Shown: positions 10,931-19,773 of the stretch, piece by piece
Numbering within the stretch: the first letter of the stretch is position 1
Layout: every line of letters begins with the position of its first letter
NCBI GenBank assembly: GCA_965140705.1
Contig: OZ223300.1
Span: 1,696,001-1,760,000, forward strand
DNA from: an uncultured Arcobacter sp.
GTDB lineage: Bacteria > Campylobacterota > Campylobacteria > Campylobacterales > Arcobacteraceae
Reading direction: 5' to 3'
Length of the DNA: 64,000 bases
The notes under the pieces: generated by a model
Told to the model about the DNA's origin: nothing
What the model saw: only the letters and a program-made list of their open reading frames with translations
Databases searched by the model: none
Program-made: the position numbers and the translations under genes

Positions 10931-11886
10931 TATTTTGCCTCCCTAGCTTTCTTTTTAAGAAATTTTGGAATATTTCCAAAAGTTGCAGGCCAAACACCAT
11001 TTGGTCTTAAAATCATAGTAAGAACCATTGCTGCACCAAAAATTAAATATCTTGATTCTTTAAACTCTGTAAATAATTCAGGTAATACAAACATTACAAA
11101 TGTTCCAATAATAATTCCCGGAAGTGAAGCAGATCCACCAACAAGAACGATTGCAAAGAACATTACTGATTGCATAAAGTTAAATGACTCAGGACTTACA
11201 GCTGAATACTGAATAGCAAAAACACATCCAGCAGCACCTGCAATTGCAGCACCTAAAGCAAAAGCAAATAATTTGTAATATGAGATATTAATACCCATAG
11301 ATTTTGCAGCAATTTCATTTTTATTTATATAATATAAAGCTCTTCCATATCTTGATGTATCTAAATTTCTAATTATTAATAAAGTAACAATTAATAAAGA
11401 GAATGCAATATAATAAACACCTGTATCACTAGTTATTTCATATCCCAAAACCCTAAAGAAATCAATTCCAAAAATACCATTAGGTCCACCAGTTAAGCCA
11501 AATACATCATTTGATAATACTTGTTCAAAAATGATATTAAATCCAATAGTTGCAACAAGTAAATAATCACCTCTTAGATGAATAATTGGACCAGCAAGTA
11601 AAACTGAAAAAACAACTGGAATTAAAATTGCAAAAGGAATAGTTTCAATAATTTCAAACCCATAATGTACATTTAAAATAGCTGTTGTATAAGCACCCAT
11701 TCCAAAGAATATTGCATGTCCCATATTAAATACACCAGCACGTCCAAGAATGATATCTTGAGAAAAGGCAACAACGGCAAATACTAAAAATGTAATACCA
11801 ATACTTAACCAAGCAGAATCAACTAAAAATGGAAAAACTGCCATAACTACTAAAAAAAGTGTAGCAATAATTGTAGTTCTATTCAT
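10930..11886 (-). CDS. livM: Liv-type ABC transporter permease
   Basis: Multi-TM; GHAIFFGMGAY, LRGDYL, TGGPNGI motifs; operon position. Confidence 0.9.
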   Translation of the reverse strand: MNRTTIIATLFLVVMAVFPFLVDSAWLSIGITFLVFAVVAFSQDIILGRAGVFNMGHAIFFGMGAYTTAILNVHYGFEIIETIPFAILIPVVFSVLLAGPIIHLRGDYLLVATIGFNIIFEQVLSNDVFGLTGGPNGIFGIDFFRVLGYEITSDTGVYYIAFSLLIVTLLIIRNLDTSRYGRALYYINKNEIAAKSMGINISYYKLFAFALGAAIAGAAGCVFAIQYSAVSPESFNFMQSVMFFAIVLVGGSASLPGIIIGTFVMFVLPELFTEFKESRYLIFGAAMVLTMILRPNGVWPATFGNIPKFLKKKAREAK

Positions 11887-12788
11887 TATACTTTCTCCGC
11901 TGTGTTTTCACCAAAAAGTCCAGTTGGTTTTACTATTAAAATTATAATTAATAAAATAAATGTAAATGTTTCTGCCCATTCTGTTGAAATATATCCTGAT
12001 ATTAGTGCATTAAATAATCCAAGTAATAAGCCACCAAGCATAGCTCCTGGAATACTCCCAATACCACCAATAATAGCTGCAATAAAGGCATTTAATCCAT
12101 AAAGCCATCCCATATCAAATGTTAAACCTCTATAATACATACCAATAAATAATCCACCAATTGCTCCAAGCATAGAACCTATTATGAAAATAGTCATAAT
12201 TACTCTATTAACATTGATACCCATAAGCTTTGCAGCATCTTGATCTATAGCAGTTGCTCTAATGGCAGTTCCCATTTTTGTTTTGTTGATGAAAAGATAA
12301 AGTGCAACCATTAACACAGCTGATAATGCTAAAATTATTAATTGCGTAAATGAAATTATAACTCCACCAAAATTCCATGAAGTACTTGGAAATACATTTG
12401 CTGGGAAAATTTCCATATTTGGTCCCCAAATTAACATTATTGCATTTTGTATAACAAGTGATGCACCAAGAGCAGAAACAACTGCACTTAATCTTGGTGC
12501 CGTTCTTAAAGGTCTATAGGCTAGACGCTCAAGAAGAACACCTACAAAAGCCACAATGATTGCTGTTAAAGTAAATACTATAACAATATTCACTAACGTC
12601 AATGCATTTGAACCATAAAACTGTGTAAACAAAGTAAGTCCTACATAAGCAGAAAAGGCAACAAGGTCACCGTGTGCGAAGTTGATTAACTTCATCACAC
12701 CGTAAACCATTGTATAACCTAAAGCTACTAATGCATACAAACTTCCTATTGTTAAGCCATTAATTAACTGTTGAAGAAGAGTATCCAT
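11886..12788 (-). CDS. livH: Liv-type ABC transporter permease
   Basis: QQLINGLTIGSLYALVALGYTMVYG...INFAHG; GGIGSIPGA; KPTGLFG. Confidence 0.93.
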   Translation of the reverse strand: MDTLLQQLINGLTIGSLYALVALGYTMVYGVMKLINFAHGDLVAFSAYVGLTLFTQFYGSNALTLVNIVIVFTLTAIIVAFVGVLLERLAYRPLRTAPRLSAVVSALGASLVIQNAIMLIWGPNMEIFPANVFPSTSWNFGGVIISFTQLIILALSAVLMVALYLFINKTKMGTAIRATAIDQDAAKLMGINVNRVIMTIFIIGSMLGAIGGLFIGMYYRGLTFDMGWLYGLNAFIAAIIGGIGSIPGAMLGGLLLGLFNALISGYISTEWAETFTFILLIIILIVKPTGLFGENTAEKV

Positions 12789-12806
12789 TATTTTAAAACC
12801 TCATTT

Positions 12807-13928
12807 TTATTCAGGAACAACTTGTTTTGTACCATCATTATTCATTTTATAAACAACAAATTTAGCGCCAACTCTCTCACCATCTTCTCTAATATTAAAT
12901 GGTCCAGTAATTCCTGGGAAGTCTTTCATAGATCTAATATATTCAGCAATTTTTTTAGTATCAAAAGATTTTGTTTTTTCAACACCTTCAATAATTGCTC
13001 TAAAACCATCTGCATTAGTTACAGGCCAAATTGATGGAGGATCCATTTTAAATCTAGCTTTGTAAGCTGCAAGATATTTTTTAGCTTCTGGATATGGTAA
13101 AATTTCAGGTGTTGGGAAGTTAATTAAAATTGTTCCAGCAGCTGCTTTACCTGCTAATTTATAAAAATCAGGATTGTCATTTGAATCACCACCAACAAAA
13201 TCTGCATCTATTTGTAATTGTTTTTGTTGAGCTCTTAATAATCCACCATCAGTATAATAACCTGAATAATAAATTACATCTGGTTTCATTTCTTTAATTT
13301 TTGTTAAAATTGCCGAAAAGTTTTGAGTTCCAGATTTAATTTTTCCTCTATAAATAACATTTCCACCAAGAGCTTTAATTGAAGCTTCAGTTGCATCACC
13401 AAGTCCTTCTGAATAAGAAGAATAATCAGATAAAACTACAATTTTTTTATATTTTTTAACTTTTACCATATACTCTGCTGTAAAATCACTTTGAGAAGAG
13501 TTTGGAAATGAGTTTCTAAAGAAAGTCCAATATTTTTTAGCGATTAAAGAATCACTTGTACCATCAGAAGTTTGTAAAACTTTTTTTCTATAATATGTAG
13601 TTTGAGCAGCTTCAGTAGCACCTGAAGTATAAGAACCAATTACTGCAATTACACCTGCATTAGTCAATTTTTTAGCACAAACAGCAGCTTTTTGAGCTTT
13701 GGCTTCATCATCACAAGTAATAACTTCAATTTTTTTACCTAAAAGCCCACCCTCTGCATTTTTTTCATCTGCTATAAGTCTTACAAAGTTTTCTATACTT
13801 TGACCTTCATTAGCATATTGTCCTGTAATTGGTGCTTGTACACCAATCTTAACGGTATCAGCTGCAAACAATACTGTTGAAACAGCAGCACTAAGTGCTA
13901 AAGCACTAACAATTTTTGTTAATTTCAT
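12807..13928 (-). CDS. LivJ/K-type periplasmic amino acid-binding protein
   Basis: Signal peptide; KIGVQAPITG, GGLLGKKIE, VIGSYTSG, GITGPF. Ligand cannot be determined from sequence. Confidence 0.9.
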   Translation of the reverse strand: MKLTKIVSALALSAAVSTVLFAADTVKIGVQAPITGQYANEGQSIENFVRLIADEKNAEGGLLGKKIEVITCDDEAKAQKAAVCAKKLTNAGVIAVIGSYTSGATEAAQTTYYRKKVLQTSDGTSDSLIAKKYWTFFRNSFPNSSQSDFTAEYMVKVKKYKKIVVLSDYSSYSEGLGDATEASIKALGGNVIYRGKIKSGTQNFSAILTKIKEMKPDVIYYSGYYTDGGLLRAQQKQLQIDADFVGGDSNDNPDFYKLAGKAAAGTILINFPTPEILPYPEAKKYLAAYKARFKMDPPSIWPVTNADGFRAIIEGVEKTKSFDTKKIAEYIRSMKDFPGITGPFNIREDGERVGAKFVVYKMNNDGTKQVVPE

Positions 13929-13951
13929 TCATTCTCCTTTTTTTGATAAAT

Positions 13952-14614
13952 CTATTTTAAAGTAGGTTCAATTACATAGCAACCCACACACCACTCTCCG
14001 ATGTTCTGAACAACGTGTATATCTCCTCCTTTAAAATAAGATTTTAAATTATTATAATCACTTACTATATTATCAAATGTTTCAATGATTTCATCAAGTC
14101 TTTTCTGTGTTTTCTTTCTTGCACTATTTGAAATATCTAAGTAAAAGGCAAAAAGACCATAATCTAAAGTAGAATCCTCTAATTTATCTCTATCTAACAT
14201 TTTACACATTTTTTCAATTTCACTTTTGTACTCTTCTTGTACATTTCGCACACCATTTTTTATGCTCATAATTACTCTTGAAATAGAATCATTATCAGAT
14301 TTATGTTCAAATCTTTCATCAAGTGTTAAAGATAAAATATCTTGCGTTAAATATTTTTCCTTCATAAAATTTCTAAAAGCATCCCTTTTAGGTAATGAAC
14401 ATCTTAAGATATCTGCAACTGTAGCATCTATATAAATTTCTGGAGCATTTTCTAACTTCGCAATTTCTTGAGAAACATGAATTGATAAAAATTTTGGTGG
14501 AGCATAAGACAAATACAATTCATCTGCTGTCCAAAATGAATAATTCTTTTTGGCAGTATAAATACCTTTTATTACAGCATCTATAATATCATCTTTTGAA
14601 GGGAAATTAGTCAT
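13952..14614 (-). CDS. Hypothetical protein (possible inactive PD-(D/E)xK-fold)
   Basis: 220-aa ORF overlapping the upstream gene by 8 nt and ending 23 nt before the binding-protein gene; the fold is inference. Confidence 0.6.
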   Translation of the reverse strand: MTNFPSKDDIIDAVIKGIYTAKKNYSFWTADELYLSYAPPKFLSIHVSQEIAKLENAPEIYIDATVADILRCSLPKRDAFRNFMKEKYLTQDILSLTLDERFEHKSDNDSISRVIMSIKNGVRNVQEEYKSEIEKMCKMLDRDKLEDSTLDYGLFAFYLDISNSARKKTQKRLDEIIETFDNIVSDYNNLKSYFKGGDIHVVQNIGEWCVGCYVIEPTLK

Positions 14615-14846
14615 TTTTCACTCCTACAAAATTTTCATCTACTTCTTCCAAAATACCACTTTCATACAATATATCTTCTATAAGTCTATTTTTTGATATG
14701 CTAAGTTGAGTTGATAAAACAACTAAGGCTTGATCTAATTTTTTATCAATCTTAATTGTTAATTGTGAAATCTCTTTTTTAGAGCTATTAGTATGTTTAT
14801 TTATTACATTCTTTATTATTGTTCTATTGTTTTTTTGCTTAGCCAT
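14607..14846 (-). CDS. Ribbon-helix-helix (CopG/Arc-like) DNA-binding protein
   Basis: QLTIKID (alternating strand) - KKLDQALVVLSTQL (helix A) - SISKNRLIEDIL (helix B with S-K-N cap). Confidence 0.7.
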   Translation of the reverse strand: MAKQKNNRTIIKNVINKHTNSSKKEISQLTIKIDKKLDQALVVLSTQLSISKNRLIEDILYESGILEEVDENFVGVKND

Positions 14847-14869
14847 CTCATCTCTTTTTATATTTCTTT

Positions 14870-14896
14870 TTTAGTAGTATAAAAGGTACTACTAAA
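14870..14896 (-). promoter_or_regulatory. Candidate operator overlapping the -10 box of the RHH-liv-putA operon
   Basis: Perfect 10-bp inverted repeat TTTAGTAGTA-TAAAAGG-TACTACTAAA containing minus-strand TATACT, 23 nt upstream of the ATG. Confidence 0.6.
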
Positions 14897-14951
14897 TTAA
14901 ACTTATGAATTATTGCATTGGAAAAATTAAAATAAACTTAATCTTTTTCCA

Positions 14952-14978
14952 AAAACTGTATATTTTCTATACAATTTT
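14952..14978. promoter_or_regulatory. Candidate palindromic transcription-factor site
   Basis: AAAAcTGTATA-TTTTC-TATACAaTTTT. Confidence 0.4.
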
Positions 14979-14994
14979 AAATAATAATGAGAAT

Positions 14995-15010
14995 TGCTAC
15001 GTTAATGCTA
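14995..15010. promoter_or_regulatory. 11-bp-period direct repeat, copy A
   Basis: TGCTACGTTAA-TGCTA; matches 27976-27991 at 15 of 16 positions. Confidence 0.5.
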
Positions 15011-15022
15011 TTTTAGAGTGAA

Positions 15023-15904
15023 TTATTTAGATTTTTGTTGAAAAATAAGACCAAAAATTATTAATACTAAACCTACTATTGTAGATAATAAAATTGTCTC
15101 TCCTAATATAAAGTGAATAAATATCAAAGATAAGAATGGTGAAATGAAAATTAAATTTGCAATCTGGGAGGTATTTGTAGTACTTTGCATAGCTTTTAAC
15201 CAAAATAAAAAGGTAATTCCCATCTCAAATAATCCAACATAAACTGCACCTAATAAGCCTGATAGATTAGGTAACTCTATAGGTTGAGTGTATATATAAT
15301 AAATAACTATCAGAGGAAAAGAGAATAAAAAGTTACAAAATAGGCTTACAGTAGAATCAGCCACAGATTTTGTACTAGATATCCAATACAAAGACCAAAG
15401 AAGAGTACTTGCAAGTGCTAGAACTAATCCCTCCTTATTTGAGAAGTTTAAGCTAAAAGGCGCTCCTTTTGTAGCAATAATAAGAACACCAAAATAACAA
15501 ACAACTCCAGCTATTATGTCATAAATACTTAATTTATGTTTTAAAAAAGGTACAGATAATAGTGATAACATCAATGCCCATGTATAATTTATTGATTGTG
15601 CTTCTTGTGCAGGTAAAAGATCATATGCTTTAAACAATACCAAATAATATAAAAAAGGATTAATTGCACCTAAAAGAAGTATTAACAAAGAATTACTCTT
15701 TATATGAGCAATAACTAAAGGTAATTTTTTCTCAATAACTAATACAACAAAAAGAACAATTAGTGATGTGGTAGATGCATATAAAACGAGGGCTTCTGGT
15801 GTAAGGTATGATAACGATACTTTAAATGCTGTTGCAACAGTTGACCAGAGAAAAACAGAAATAAGTGCATATTTATATGCTGAAGTTAATTTAATTTTAA
15901 ACAT
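15023..15904 (-). CDS. DMT/EamA family transporter
   Basis: About 10 TM helices in two repeats; LWSTVATAFK, INYTW, LIFISPFLSL, LGE. Confidence 0.88.
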   Translation of the reverse strand: MFKIKLTSAYKYALISVFLWSTVATAFKVSLSYLTPEALVLYASTTSLIVLFVVLVIEKKLPLVIAHIKSNSLLILLLGAINPFLYYLVLFKAYDLLPAQEAQSINYTWALMLSLLSVPFLKHKLSIYDIIAGVVCYFGVLIIATKGAPFSLNFSNKEGLVLALASTLLWSLYWISSTKSVADSTVSLFCNFLFSFPLIVIYYIYTQPIELPNLSGLLGAVYVGLFEMGITFLFWLKAMQSTTNTSQIANLIFISPFLSLIFIHFILGETILLSTIVGLVLIIFGLIFQQKSK

Positions 15905-16040
15905 TTACAAATTCTATCATCTATTAATATAAGTTATCTTAAATATCAACAAAAATTTTAATCAAATTAAATTTTATACTTTTAATTTTGTTCTATTTGT
16001 GTTAGAATCTATAATGTAAAAATATACAAAAGGAAAAATA

Positions 16041-16889
16041 ATGGAATACAAAAGAATTTTTTTCCCTCTTGGGGGAGGCGGAGAACTTAGATCTAGAATT
16101 CATGGTGCACTATTAATTGGGAAATATTTTAATGCCCATTTAGAGATATTTAAATCTCAAGCAAGACCAAGTCAAATAATGAAATTTGATAATAGTTTAC
16201 CTGATACGGTATTAAAAGAATTAAATGCTATGACAAAAGATAGATTAAAAGAAGAAATAACTGAACATGAAACTATTTTTAAAGAAGAAATTAAAAAAAT
16301 TGGTAATACATCTTCATCAAAATCTAAAAAGAATACTGCAACAGCTACTATTATTACGGGAGAAGGATTTAGAAGTAAACTAATAGAAGAAGAGTCTAAA
16401 TATTGTGATTTAGTAATAGTTTCAACTCCTCATGAAGCTAGAATAACTGCTACATTTGAAACTGCTGTTACAAAAAGTGGGAAACCTGCTTTAATGTTTC
16501 CAAGAAAAATGAAAAAATTTAGTGCAGAAAAGATATTAATTGGTTGGAATAATTCACCAGAAGCTGCAAGAGCAGTATCTGAAGCTATACCATTATTAAA
16601 AAATGCAAAAAAAGTACATATTATCTCATCAAAAAAATATGGCAAAGATTTTAATCAAGTTGCTAAATTGCAAAATTATTTAAAAGATCATGATATTGAT
16701 ACAAGCTTTGAAATTGTAAAAACAACAAAAACACCAGGCCAAGCACTTTTAAAATATGCAAAAGATGGTAAATTTGATTTAATAGTTGCAGGTGCATTTG
16801 GACATCGTGGTCTAAAAGAACTAATGTTTGGGGGAACAACTAAATATATGTTAAAAAATAGTGATATCCCAATATTTATGGCACATTAA
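16041..16889 (+). CDS. Universal stress protein (tandem domain)
   Basis: ILIGWNNSPEAARA; DLIVAGAFGHRGLKELMFGGTT...IPIFMAH. Confidence 0.9.
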   Translation: MEYKRIFFPLGGGGELRSRIHGALLIGKYFNAHLEIFKSQARPSQIMKFDNSLPDTVLKELNAMTKDRLKEEITEHETIFKEEIKKIGNTSSSKSKKNTATATIITGEGFRSKLIEEESKYCDLVIVSTPHEARITATFETAVTKSGKPALMFPRKMKKFSAEKILIGWNNSPEAARAVSEAIPLLKNAKKVHIISSKKYGKDFNQVAKLQNYLKDHDIDTSFEIVKTTKTPGQALLKYAKDGKFDLIVAGAFGHRGLKELMFGGTTKYMLKNSDIPIFMAH

Positions 16890-16917
16890 TAAAGAAGGTT
16901 TTTAGTCCTTCTTTATT
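16888..16917. terminator. Bidirectional intrinsic terminator
   Basis: AATAAAGAAGG-N8-CCTTCTTTATT between the convergent USP and HD-GYP genes. Confidence 0.75.
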
Positions 16918-18073
16918 TAATCTTCTCTAAATCTTCAATAATAGATAAATCATAACTATCATCTTTTTTTGCACTATTTTTCAATATTTTTATTGCTTCA
17001 TCTTTACTATAGGCATTTCTATAAGTTTTATTGGAAGTTAAAGCAGAAAAACTAACAAGTACTTCTAAAAGTCTATCTTTTAGGCTTAAATCTTTGCCTT
17101 TTAAACTAAATGGATAACCTTTACCATTTGGTTTTTCTTGCACTTTAGATGCCCAAGAGGCTATTTCTGAAAAGCCCATAATATTTGATAATACTTTTTT
17201 TGTATAGTATGGATAAGATTTTATCTCTTCATATTCCCAAACTTCTAACTTTGTTTTTTTCTTAAGAATTGAAGAAGGTACACATAATTTTCCAATATCG
17301 CATAAAGATGCAGCAATAAGAAGTGTAAATTTATCTTTATACTCAAAATTATAAAAATCAAGCATTTTTTCTAAATTAATAAGCAATTTGGAATCTATAT
17401 TATCTATCAAATAAAAAGTAGAAGTGATTTTAAATAACTCTTCATATGTTAAAGTAGTTGTAAAATCATGTAAATTAGTAAAAATAAAAAATAATATTTC
17501 ATTTTCATTTTGTAAATCAAGCCAAAAACTAGTTTTTTGAGATATTTTTAAAAATACCTCTGCTAACTCTTTAGAAAAAAGTTCATTTTTACTATTTTCG
17601 ATGAAATTTAAAACACTATTTCTATCTTGAACTTTAATAGTTGAAAGATTAAATCTATTTTCAATAGCAATAGAAATAGATAAAATTTGTGAAAATAGTG
17701 GGATTTTTTGAGCCTTTAGACCAAAAAATCCACTTCCATCATAATATTCATTTTGGTATTTTAAAATATCGTCTTTTTTTCCATCTAAAAAAGGTAAAAC
17801 TTTTACAATATTATTAGATGATTCACAATACTCTTTTGATACATGTGAGATATTAAGTAAACCTATTGAATGAACTAAAGAAAAAGAGCATAAATCACTC
17901 ATCTCTTTTGGATTAAGACCTAACTCTTTTCCTATATTTAAAGCAATATATGCAATTCTTTTTGAATAATTTAGACTATTTGAGTACTTATCTTTTCTCA
18001 AATAATCCAAACTAAAAGATACTGCTAATAAAAAATTGTTAAGATTAAAACTTATTTCTCTTTTTTTATCCAT
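16913..18073 (-). CDS. Tandem HD-GYP-like protein with degenerate metal ligands
   Basis: DGSG...IPLFSQI, DIGKL, NGKGYPF are retained; HD and HHE motifs are substituted. Confidence 0.8.
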   Translation of the reverse strand: MDKKREISFNLNNFLLAVSFSLDYLRKDKYSNSLNYSKRIAYIALNIGKELGLNPKEMSDLCSFSLVHSIGLLNISHVSKEYCESSNNIVKVLPFLDGKKDDILKYQNEYYDGSGFFGLKAQKIPLFSQILSISIAIENRFNLSTIKVQDRNSVLNFIENSKNELFSKELAEVFLKISQKTSFWLDLQNENEILFFIFTNLHDFTTTLTYEELFKITSTFYLIDNIDSKLLINLEKMLDFYNFEYKDKFTLLIAASLCDIGKLCVPSSILKKKTKLEVWEYEEIKSYPYYTKKVLSNIMGFSEIASWASKVQEKPNGKGYPFSLKGKDLSLKDRLLEVLVSFSALTSNKTYRNAYSKDEAIKILKNSAKKDDSYDLSIIEDLEKIK

Positions 18074-18861
18074 TATTCCTCTTCAAGAAGCTTCGTAATA
18101 GCTTCTAATGAAGTATCTGTCATATCTAAGTCTAAATGCACTCCATTTTTTACCTCTACAAGTTTAGCATCAAGACCTTTTTTTATAGCTAATTTATAAA
18201 AATTTTTTGTAATTTCAGGAGGTGAAATCTTATCATTCTCTCCATAAATCAATATAAACTTAGTTTTTTTACTAACTTTATCGATAACATCAACCATAGA
18301 GATTAATCCAGGTGATTTATCAGTTTGGTGAATATCATATCTACCACCAACTAAAACAGCATTATTTATCAAATTTGGCTCAAGACCTGTAAGAGTTGCA
18401 CCCATCATTGCCCCTGCACTATGCCCAATATATGTTACAGTCTTTGCTTCAAATCTATCTTTTAATTCACTTATTAACTCACCCAAAAACTTTATATATT
18501 CTTCTTTTGCAGCTAAGTTTTTAACACCTTCATGTGCCAAGGCTGTAAAATTATTTGTTGATGAATCTGAATATCCAGGAAGAGCAACAGCAACAGTTGT
18601 AATATCTGTATTGAGAGTAAGTGTTTCAGCAAAAGTAGAATATCTACCCAATGTATTTGTACCATCTGGCCAAGTACCATGAACAATTATATTTAAAAAG
18701 CCTTCTCTATCACCTTTACTTTTAAAATATTGAATACATTCACCTCCAGCAAATATATAATTATCACCTTTTTCTAAACACTCTTCATGACTGACTTTTT
18801 GTGCATGCAAATTTAAAGCTAAAAAAATCAAACTTATAAATATAAAAACTTTATTCTTCAT
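18073..18861 (-). CDS. Exported alpha/beta hydrolase
   Basis: Signal peptide; VHG, GHSAG nucleophile elbow, GENDKI, GVH triad pattern. Confidence 0.82.
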   Translation of the reverse strand: MKNKVFIFISLIFLALNLHAQKVSHEECLEKGDNYIFAGGECIQYFKSKGDREGFLNIIVHGTWPDGTNTLGRYSTFAETLTLNTDITTVAVALPGYSDSSTNNFTALAHEGVKNLAAKEEYIKFLGELISELKDRFEAKTVTYIGHSAGAMMGATLTGLEPNLINNAVLVGGRYDIHQTDKSPGLISMVDVIDKVSKKTKFILIYGENDKISPPEITKNFYKLAIKKGLDAKLVEVKNGVHLDLDMTDTSLEAITKLLEEE

Positions 18862-18884
18862 TTTTCCATCCCCCTTTTATTTTA

Positions 18885-19322
18885 TTAATATGCTAGAACT
18901 CCAACATATCCAGAAACTTTTCTTTCAATCAACTCTACAATTCCCGCTTGAACATAACTTATACCATCAATAAAATCATCTTTTGTCCAATGCATACTTT
19001 CCATAGTGTTTTTACAACCTATAAACTCAACATCATATTGCATCAATGATGATATTCTTGTTAATGTTTTTTTATCATAATCCTTTTTTAATGCCCTCAT
19101 TCCATTTCCATATACAACTACTGCTATTTTTACAGTATCACTTGGATACTCTTTTAAAATATTATAAATTCCATTTAAATTATTATTAACAACAGCCAAA
19201 TCAGAATTATATATTTGAAATACTACTTTTCTAGGCTTATCAAAAGTAGGTTGAGGATCACTAAAAGTTGAATTTGCATAAGAAAAAACAGCTAATAGAA
19301 CTACTAAAATAATTTTTTTCAT
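18885..19322 (-). CDS. Exported DsrE-family protein
   Basis: Signal peptide; KVVFQI, VVVYGNG, FIGCKNTM, VQAGIVELIE. Confidence 0.8.
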   Translation of the reverse strand: MKKIILVVLLAVFSYANSTFSDPQPTFDKPRKVVFQIYNSDLAVVNNNLNGIYNILKEYPSDTVKIAVVVYGNGMRALKKDYDKKTLTRISSLMQYDVEFIGCKNTMESMHWTKDDFIDGISYVQAGIVELIERKVSGYVGVLAY

Positions 19323-19323
19323 A

Positions 19324-19773
19324 TTACTCCTTTATATATACATCAAAATCTATTTTAATTGTACCATTTTTTAATATTTTACAATACAATCCTCTACAAT
19401 CTTTTACAATTTTGGGTAATCGTTTGTGGAAAATACTCAAATGGTCACACATGGTGCATTTTTGCATTATTTGTATTTGACACTCCCCTATTTGCAAAAC
19501 TGTGCCTATGGGTAAAAGATGTGGATTAAAATCAAAAATGATATTTTCGCCTAAACTACCAAACTCTAAATTAACACTATTTTGAAGTGATATTTCATAA
19601 CTATTTAATCCTAAAACCATAACAGTTTTATCCAAATCTTTTTGTGCAAACTTATCATTTTCAATACCAAAATCTTTTATAAGATTTAAACTCTCCACTT
19701 TTGGCCTTGGAGTACTACTTTTTGATTCTTTTGTTGCACTAAAAGTACCAATTACTTTTCCTATTTTCTTCAT
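19324..19773 (-). CDS. MOSC domain protein
   Basis: GIENDKF, GSLGENI, IGTVLQIG, CTMC, RGLYCKI. Confidence 0.85.
   Translation of the reverse strand: MKKIGKVIGTFSATKESKSSTPRPKVESLNLIKDFGIENDKFAQKDLDKTVMVLGLNSYEISLQNSVNLEFGSLGENIIFDFNPHLLPIGTVLQIGECQIQIMQKCTMCDHLSIFHKRLPKIVKDCRGLYCKILKNGTIKIDFDVYIKE

Noticed and set aside
14995..15010. TAGCA-N6-TAGCA (minus strand) as a sigma-54 promoter
   Set aside because: The spacing fits -24/-12, but the invariant GG is AG. The sox copy is a true tandem repeat, which favours a direct-repeat operator.
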